From contig OZ024740.1 of NCBI GenBank assembly GCA_964016885.1, positions 354,764,001-354,828,000 on the forward strand: a stretch of 64,000 nucleotides of DNA. The letters are read 5' to 3'. The translations under genes and the position numbers were made by a program. Shown one piece after another: positions 54,780 through 64,000 of this stretch. Under the pieces are notes generated by a model. That model was not told the DNA's origin. It saw nothing but the letters and a program-made list of their open reading frames with translations, and searched no databases. Numbering within the stretch: position 1 is the stretch's first letter; each line of letters opens with the position of its first letter. Origin of the DNA: Eledone cirrhosa. Lineage: Eukaryota.

Positions 54780-57700
54780 TATGTAAATAGACATTTCTAA
54801 TTTTCACACTAAAAAGTAGAACATCTATACTTTAATGTACATGCTATCAATCTATCAATCAGCCTGACAGTTTGACCTGAGCCATAGTAGAGACTGAATA
54901 TTCTGACCTAATATTCATAATTACATCACAATTCTGTCACATGTTGACATGAGAGCAAGATATAGAGACATAAATTAATGTTTCAATATATTTGTGAATG
55001 TTTTTTATTTATTCTTTTTATGACTTAGTTAGAAGAGGAAAGGAATTACTCTTGACCTTTTTGTAGTTCCTCCAAAACTGGTTGTAAAACGAAAGAAGAA
55101 ACCATGATTAATTTTGTTTTTGTTTGTTGCTGTATTTATATCAGTATCACAGAAGATAGGGTAGACAATTCACATTAAGCTTTAACCAACAATACACAGT
55201 TAACTGATATTGCTACACTATCATAACCATCACTTGTAATTGAGTAGAATTTGGTAGAATATACCATACTTTTGATAAAGGTTTTATGTAACCTTGCAGA
55301 CACTAGTTGACACAAGCACTTCCTTGACCCTCTTTCTCTTGATCTAGTGGAACATCTAGGATTTCACAGCTGGAAGGAAAGAGAGTTGTACTAGAACTGG
55401 GGTGTAAGCTAGCACTTTCTCTATCTACCCTGAAAGGATGGAAGGTAAAGAAAGCCTTGGCAGAATTAGAACTCAGAATGAGACCTGGTGCAAATATCTA
55501 CTGCTTTAATGACTTTAGAGTATTTCCAAACAACAATGATGGTCTTTCAAATATGCAACAGGATCCATAAAATAATTGTAGTTCAATAGAATAGCCAGGT
55601 TTCCGATCAGGTAAAGACAAAATGTGTCTTGACTTATTTTAGTAGTACCCTTAAAACAGAAAGTTCCATGAGAGTTTGGAATTTTCAACGCTAGAGTTGA
55701 TACTTAACATGGAAAACAGATATAAAACGACGATAATAATGATGATGTGTATGAATGGTGACAGCTGAGTAAAGATGTGGAATGTATGGAAGAGGAAGAC
55801 TGAGGAAAATAGTGGTCAAAGTTGATCTCAAGATGATGAACCTCACAAAAGAGATGACAAAGAAATGCAACAAGTGCTGAGATGCTGTTTTTGAAAGGGT
55901 TCATACAATCCATGAAAGCAAAGAAAAACAGAGATAAAAATGATGATGATGATGCTATAGAATTCTTCTTCTTCTTCTTCTTGAAAAATATACTGTTAGA
56001 TCTTAAGCAATATATAACAACCAAGCGATCTTGTTATGACTAGGCAAGTAAAGGCCACATGTAGTAAAAGCCTAGTCATCATCTGTCTGGGAAAATTACC
56101 AAATTGGTGGCTGGCGTTAATAAGACAACCAGGAACTATAGTATGGTAAGATACAATAAAAGCAATCAGCTTGTATCGTCCTTCACATGGGGCAAGAATG
56201 CATGCGTTAAGGGTTTGCAGAGTGAGGCTGTTTAATGTGTTTCCTGCTTATCAGAATGATAAAAAAAAAATACTGAGGATCGCGAATATATTGTAATCTT
56301 TATCCAATTTTGTACAAACTGTCGATGGGAGAGTCGTGGGAGCAGAGTCCTCAAGCATACCTTCCAGTGGGTCCTGTCAAAAACAACCATCACCAATTAA
56401 TCCAGCTGGATCCCCAAGTGAGACCAGCTAAGCACATGGATATTATCCAACCATCTTGCTTGGGATCTACACTAGGGTCTCCTGCTGGTTGGTTTTGCCC
56501 ATAAAATCTGTCCAGCAATTCTTTCTTGTGACATTCTAATGATATGCCCATAATATCGGAGCTGTGCTCTCTTAATTTAGAGAAGTAGTGACATTACCTG
56601 AAGCAACTCTCTGATCTCCGAGCTATTAAGCATTTAGATATGTTCTAACATTAGGATTAACTCTTTCATTACCATATTTCTAATGAAATACACTGTATTT
56701 CATTTAATCAATGAAAAATTATGAGGGATTTACAAAAATTATTAAGTATTTTAATATAAAATGGTATTTGTAACATAACTTATCAAAAGGTTCTTATAGT
56801 AAACTATGTTGGAAGGTTGAGTGATTTAATTTTATAGAAACAGAGCTTGTTTTGATCAGGATGGTATCATAAGGGTTAAAACAGTTTTGTATGAGCCCAA
56901 ATGGAAGATTCTATGTGGTTGTTGGACATTCTAGAAATAGCAGTCAAATCTCTATGAAATTACAATCTATTGCCTTAAAAACGAAAGAACACATTCAATT
57001 AAGAGCTTTTCCAAGCACTGTAAGCTAATGATACAGTCATCAGATTTACTGGGCTGCCAATACTTACAGGGGGTAGTTATTTACAGCTGGGGACTGAAGG
57101 ATTGTGTTTAGTGTCCTGGCATGATACACATTGCAACATGGATGCCAGGATAAGAACTGCAAAACTTTCTAGCCAGCCACTTTGTCTTGTGAGTTGGTCA
57201 GCTGTGACAACATACAACACATGCACACATATACACATATACACACACACACACACTCACACACACACACACACACACAGACGCATATATACATGCACAT
57301 ACACACATACACACAGATGCATATATACATGTACATACACATATACATACACATACACATATACATGCACATATACACACACATGCACATGCACATATCC
57401 TATCACATACACAGACACACTGACTCACATTAAATTACAAGAGCATGTGAGTGAGAAAGAGAGAAAGAATAGTAACAGTAATCCTTTGGTAATTAGATAG
57501 GCACAGTCAGTAAAATACCAACGCCTGAAAATTTAGGTCACCTAGAAATAACTTCACGAAAGTCTCTCCTCCTTACTTACAGAATTTTGGCAGGGAAATA
57601 TTTCTTGAAGCAGTTGACATGTCTCTTGTACCCGACTAATATCTTCTCTGGATTGAGTATCCATCTCATTCCTTCCCTCGAAAAAAGAAAATGTTTTCAT

Positions 57701-58035
57701 TGTTATTTATACCCTATGAAAAGTGTTCTGGGAGGAGTTAAAAACCCCAAGCTAGCGGTGATGATGATGATGGTAATGGTCAAGACAGGAATGAGGAATG
57801 GGAGGAGAAGGAGTGAACAGGTGCTTAAAATCAACTTGGTACCATTCGAGGTTGACTTTGCCTTTCATCCTTACGGGGTCGATAAAATAAAGTACCAGTA
57901 ATGCACTGGGGAATTGCTGGCTTTGTGCCTAAAGTAGAAACAATTATTAGCAGACACAAGAAAGATACAGGTCTTAGACCTCTAAAATCAGCAGCAGCAG
58001 GTATACAGGACAGTAGATTCAGAGAGAGAACAATG

Positions 58036-58575
58036 TTTCCACCTGTAATTATAAATATAGATAGAGATCAAGGTATAATTTCCACTTGTAATTAGAAATA
58101 TAGATGAATAACTAGGTGTAATTTCCACCGATAATTAGAACTATAGATGGAGAACAAGGTATAATTTTCACCTGTAATTAGAACTATAGATGGAGAACAA
58201 GGTGTAATTTCCACCTGTAATTAGAAATATAGATGAAGAACTAGGTGTAATTTCCACCTGTAATTAGAAATATAGATGAAGAACTAGGTGTAATTTCCAC
58301 CTGTAATTAGAACTATAGATGGAGAACAAGGTATAATTTTCACCTGTAATTAGAACTATAGATGGAGAACAAGGTGTAATTTCCACCTGTAATTAGAAAT
58401 ATAGATGAAGAACTAGGTGTAATTTCCACCTGTAATTAGAAATATAGATGAAGAACTAGGTGTAATTTCCACCTGTAATTAAAAATATAGATGAAGAACT
58501 AGGTGTAATTTCCACCTGTAATCAGAAATAAAGATGTAGAACAAGGTATAATTTCCACCTGTAATTAGAAATATA
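58036..58575. repeat. 43-bp tandem minisatellite, about 12.5 units
   Basis: Unit tttccacctgtaattagaaatatagatgaagaactaggtgtaa; units start at 58036, 58079, 58122 and so on to 58552. Confidence 0.95.
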
Positions 58576-59482
58576 CAGAAAGGGAACAAAATAATTGACT
58601 GGAGTCCAAATATTTATTGCGGCGTCCAGAATGTGAAAATAAACCTCATTAGTGTATTGACGCTTTTGATACCTACCCAGTTCTATGAAATAAAACTACT
58701 CTTTTTAATTGGCAGTATCGGTAGAGGATCGGATGCCATGCTTTGACGCATAGAGTTACGGCCCTTGCCATTCTCAGTTCAAATCCCGCCGAGGTTAACT
58801 TTGCCTTTCATCCTTACGGGGTCGATAAAATAAAGTACCAGTAATACACTGGGTAATTGCTGGCCTTGTGCCAAAAGTATAAACAATTATTTAAAAGAAT
58901 CTTTTGTTAGTTACAAATACTAGTTACGTTACAAACACTATCTTAATGAAATAACTTTAGTCAATTTCTCCAAATTCTTCGATATTAATTCAAATACTGT
59001 GTTTCATGAGAAATATGGTTATTACAGGGTTAATTAAAAGTTTTTTTTTTGGGGGGGGGGGGGGGGGTCGGGGGTCAGAACAGAAAGGTGAGTCCAGCAT
59101 GTCACCAAAGACTGCTTCTTTGTTGATGTGACAGTGCTAATAGCTGCTCCTATTATAACATAGGCATGTTAATAGAAAGAGTTAGTTGGTTAAATCAACG
59201 CTAGCACACGACTGCTACCGTATTCTATCAACACCACAAGGATGAAAGGTGAAGTTAACATTAGCAGGATTTGAACTCAGAATATAAAGACCTATAACAA
59301 ATATTTTATCTGATGCTCTAACACTATAGCATTTAAACCAGCCGTATCCAACAAGAATTCTCTCACCTCTTTCTGTTCAAACTAGCCATAACTGGCCACA
59401 CATACTGATGTTAAGGTATTATATATATATATATATATATATATAATTATACACACACACACACATGTATATTTACATATAT

Positions 59483-59880
59483 AAAGTCTGTCAAAAAAGT
59501 ATACAACCTTATGCTGGGGAAAAATTAAGTACTTGGTGAGGTTCAATTGTTAATTCCCTTCAAAGGGGAATTAACAATTGTGCTTCTACACACTTAGCCC
59601 TGCAATCCTTTCACCATTCAAAGTACATCTGCAATGCTTCTTCCAGAATGGTGCTTAGCTCTGCAGGAAAAGTATGCATGATGTCTGCCCAGCTCTCAAA
59701 GCAGGAGTCTTTCAGTGGCATCTTCATTTTAGGGAACAAATGGAAGTCTGCAGGAGTCTTGTCTGGTGAGTTGGAAACCTGGCAAATGAGCAAAATCCAA
59801 GAAACCTTGGATCTGCTGCAATAAATGGACTGGGGCATTGTCATGGTGCAGCTGCTAGTTTTATGAGGCCCACAGATCTG
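59483..59880 (-). pseudogene. Mariner transposase C-terminal remnant with probable TIR
   Basis: HDNAPVH-like segment and NSPDKTPADFHLFPKMK (compare YSPDLAP.DF.LF). TIR-like taaagtctgtcaaaaaagtatacaacct. Confidence 0.7.
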
Positions 59881-60274
59881 ATACTTAAGAAGTTTGCTTT
59901 GTAGTCATGAGGTCCCAGATTTGATCTCACTGCCTGACATCATGGGCTCCAGGTCAACCCAAGTCCTGTGAATGAAATTAGGTGTTCCACACAAAAACTG
60001 TGTGAATTGTACTTCTAATTCAAAGGTCCAGTCTTGTCACATATTGTGTCACAGTGATTTGGCTTGAGAATTACATTCAGGATCCTCATATCAACTATTT
60101 ACATGTAAATTAATTAATTGGACATTTAGTTGATGAAACAATTGTTAAACCCAACCAGGATTTATTTTAAGGAAGTTTTAGAACTATAGAAATCTTTGAG
60201 GTAGGTGCTATTACCCAATGTTTGATATTCCGTGTGTCTGAGAAGTATCTATAATGGCTATTTTTAACATTTTA

Positions 60275-60520
60275 CCAAACTACCTGCATCAGTTGTTAGT
60301 TGTCGGGACACTGCATTCTTCAAAACTTCCATGCTTCTCAAAATTCGCCAACACTACACTTGATATTCCCCTTCTATACACACTCATGCATGTGTCTGTG
60401 TGCATATCATGAATCATATACTGTTCACTTTCATGACATTTGTACATTATTCAATGTATTATACATGCACCTTTCATGAGTTGTAGTGCACCTCAGCACT
60501 GTACACAATAATTTTCATTA
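60275..60520 (+). mobile_element. CR1 LINE 3' fragment
   Basis: Similar to 16150-16415. Confidence 0.8.
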
Positions 60521-60532
60521 TTATACCATCAT

Positions 60533-60721
60533 GAGGGCGGTGGATTGGCAGTATCGGTAGAGAGTCGGACACATTGCTTTGAAGCATAGAGTTACGTCCC
60601 TTTATGATCTGAGTTCAAATCCCGCCGAGGTTAACTTTGCCTTTCATCCTTACGGGGTCGATAAAATAAAGTACCAGTAATGTACTGGTAAATTGCTGGC
60701 CTTGTGCCAAATGTAGAAATA
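60533..60721 (+). mobile_element. Full-length Nin-type SINE with 16-bp TSD
   Basis: attattataccatcat at 60517-60532 and 60722-60737. Confidence 0.88.
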
Positions 60722-62534
60722 ATTATTATACCATCATTTACCATGCAAGTACATGTAGTATTTGACAAAATAAGATTTAGAACTATACAAACAAGAGTCA
60801 ACTACACATTAACATAATCACTGCCACCTTTCCATGTTAATTCATGAATTGGATGTTTAGTTGATCAAACAGTTAGATGCTCATCATCAAAACTAATGGA
60901 GGATCCATTATGATTTTATCAATCATAGAAAGCGGAAAAGCAAAAATCCGTAACATTTAATTTATCGCTCTACTGATTCTATCATCACCACCTGAGTGCT
61001 AATAACAATAATATACTTCATCTATTGTGTTTTTAGATATTTTCTGCTAAATCATAACAGGATATTGAGAATTAAAGGAGATTAAGCTGTTATTTCTAGC
61101 ATGTAAAAAAATGATGTGCAAGGTCCTTTGTAGTAGTTGCTGTTGGGAGCTAGCTATAGTTAGCTCTCATTATTGTATTGTTGATGTAGCTTTTGTAGTT
61201 GTATAACCGTTGATACTGCAACTGACATTTGCTGTTGTGAGCTAGCAGTGCTCATCTTTTATTGGTTGATCGTTGCTGTTCTTTTCTGTTGTATTAACTC
61301 TGTTGTTGTTGTCAAAGCTAACCTTATTTAACTTTCATTGAGAAATCCTATAACATAAGTAGATAAAGGTCCTTTAACTCCTAATGGAGTCATAGGCATA
61401 TTGTCCGGAAATACAATATATCTTGAACATTTTGAACTTGGCAGAGCCCACCCCTTTCTAAGTCAGAATACAGCCAATTTCTTCCAGAGAAAGAAACAGG
61501 GGAAGAATAGACCCCAGTACTGGACTGGTATTTTATTTATCAACCCTAAAAAGATGAAAGGCAAATTTAACCTCATTGGGATTTTAACTTGAAGCACACT
61601 GAGCCTGAATAAATACCAAAGTATTTAATCTGATACCCTTATAACTTATTTAAACTGATACCCAATTTCCTGCCTTCCATAACAAAGGACAGCAAATCAA
61701 ATTCACAATGATGAATCACAAACTTAATGTCAATAATAGTCTTGTCTCTCACCCATCTTTTTCCCTTCTTTTTTTCAAACTTTATTGTTTTATGATGTTT
61801 AATAATACTGATTTAATGACCCCTAGAGAAAGAAAAAGCCAAGTTGACTGTATCAGGATCAGAACTCTAAATTGTGAGTCAACAGTTAAGTAATTAATTG
61901 TGTACAGTTTTGACAGCATATTATGTTTCTCTGTAAACGAGTTATTATCCAGCTTATTAATTATAAATAATGTTAAAACTGGCATTCTATATTTGTGAAT
62001 GATTGTCCACCAACACTACAACAACAAGAACCATTCCTACCACCACCATCACTAATACCATAACTATAACCAGTACTACCATAAACATCACCAGCACCAC
62101 TACAACAACCACAACCACTACTGTCATAACTATCATCTCCCATCACTATATCATAACGATAACCACAACCCCAACATTACCGCCACCGGTGTGCATTCTG
62201 AGTTCAAATCTTGCTCTGACCAACTTATATGGAATATTCAGCCTGTAGCTTCTGTTTCCTACTTATATAGTACATACAGCCCAATAGACTAATCATAATC
62301 ATCATCATCATCAACACATAACCCTTGAGAGCCTTTTGTTGAACTCACGCTGTTGCCAGCATCTGGGCAAGGTCTTCAGTTTGAGGGCAATTTCCACTCT
62401 CCCTATTAGGAAGGCCCTGAAAAGAATCATGGGGACTGTTATCATGGTCTTTTCAACACAACATCCTTCCACTCATCGCAGTCCTTTGTCAACTTGACTG
62501 AGCTGAATAAACAGTACAGATATAATGGGATTAA

Positions 62535-62700
62535 CCCTTTTGATAGCAATCTGCTTAATACGCCACATTCACGAATGCATCTTTGCATAAAAAGTGAACA
62601 CACTATACCATAAAATTATAATTTTAGTAAATCCTTCTTAAATTCTTCATTAATTAATTGAAATACAAAATATTTCATTAGAAATATGGTAAAGTAAGGG
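62535..62700. mobile_element. TTAA MITE family B
   Basis: TTAA-cccttttgata...aaggg-TTAA. Related degenerate copies near 33245-33610, 56660-56878 and 58660-59032. Confidence 0.6.
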
Positions 62701-63649
62701 TTAATACTGACTAGTCATCAGTTTATATGTCCAAGTGTCTTTAAAAAAAGTTAATGACATTGGAAACTAAAATAAGGATACTTATAGTATCTTTACTTAC
62801 AGACATATCCTTGTGACAATTTGAAATATTAGAGGAAAGACTTTTTGTGATGTTGTTTATAGCGTTGTGTTGTACTTTTCAAGAATGTTGTGCTAATGTG
62901 GTTTCATGCGATACAGGACATTAAGAATAAACAATCAACACACTGTAATGATTTAGAAGAAAATATCTAAAAACAGGTTTGTTAATTCAAATATTTACAG
63001 TATATTTACCAGAGGATATATAGTGAAAATAAAGATTTTAATTTTTAAAGGTTTTTTTTTTTATATGTAATAAATTTATCAAATTTTATTTCAAAATTAC
63101 TTAAATATATTTCTAGGATAAAATTACATAAAAATAATAAAGAATTTAATATTCAGTCAAACATATAAAAAAGCAGACATAGTGCTGTTTTGTACTTATT
63201 GCTAATGCTGTTTCATGTGATGTAGGATGCTAAGAATTAACAATGGAAAAAGCAAAAATGCTCAGTTCCCAATATTTTTAATTGATATTAAGTGAGATAC
63301 CTCTATAGCTACCAGAGAAACCTGATTCAACCTGTTATTGCTATTGATTTAAACTGAATATAAATTATTGGTGATCATACATCTACATTTAGATTTTTGT
63401 GCAAGTTGTTTAGCATTGAAGTAATTTCTATATATATACATATATATATATACATACATGCACACACACATAAATATATAGATACATACACACATGTACA
63501 TCTATACATACATACATACATACATACATAAATGCATATATGCATAGATACATACATTCATTCACACACACACACAATATATATATACATACACACACAC
63601 ATATACACATACATGCATGCATGTGTGCGTGCGTGTGCTTCCTTGCATG

Positions 63650-64000
63650 CGTACATACATACATACATACATGGTGGCTGCCAACTCGTTTTCGAGTACG
63701 GCTACTACTTTATATCCATGTAGGAGAACCCCTACCGATGCGCTGAACGAGTGTGACTTTTTAGTCCAGCCAGCGACTTGAAAACTCTGATACAAACACT
63801 ACACTTGTGGCAATTATTGACACATAGTGCTGGGACCTTGGTACCATGTGACGACAAGTGCAGAGAGATCTCCAGAGATAAAGCAATGCCTGTGCCGTGA
63901 AGCTTTTATAGTGAGCAAAGGCACTGCACAAAGTCAGTCCCACTCTCTTAACCAAGATGATATTTACCAAAAAGAAGAATAAGTCAACATCATTGGATAC
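63650..64000 (-). mobile_element. Second copy of the RTE-derived element at 35738-36352 (runs off the window)
   Basis: Reverse complement matches about 35963-36300; zinc finger remnant CSVCIRVFKSLAGLKSHTRSAHR*. Confidence 0.8.

Noticed and set aside
57102-57500. His/Thr- or Cys/Val-rich ORFs (also near 23.5-24.1, 34.9-36.5 and 63.4-63.8 kb)
   Set aside because: Translations of (CA)n, (TA)n and (TACA)n microsatellites.
58036-58575. Possible CRISPR array
   Set aside because: Head-to-tail 43-bp units with no variable spacers.

Overview
This is AT-rich, microsatellite-laden animal genomic DNA, not prokaryotic. The repeat landscape (Nin-type and CORE-type tRNA SINEs, abundant RTE LINEs, long TA/CA arrays) suggests an octopus-like cephalopod; that is an inference. 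The only host gene I can support is the 3' end of R3HDM4: three + strand exons (2768-2853, 3527-3668, 7301-7404) and a probable ~5 kb 3' UTR. The rest is mostly mobile-element debris: hAT (Buster-type), MULE, mariner and TTAA MITEs, Tx1/L1, RTE, CR1, R4-type and CRE LINEs, Penelope-like ends and an LTR relic. The points most worth a second look are three hammerhead-ribozyme motifs (two convergent, one overlapped by a perfect fold-back hairpin), a MULE MITE carrying (CCCTAA)n, an LTR relic with TA..CA termini, a young CR1 bracketed by 112-bp direct repeats, a 48-bp satellite growing out of an RTE 3' UTR, and a 43-bp array with an E-box/homeodomain motif. I found no convincing wholly new protein-coding system. 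All family assignments are from motif recognition, not database searches.
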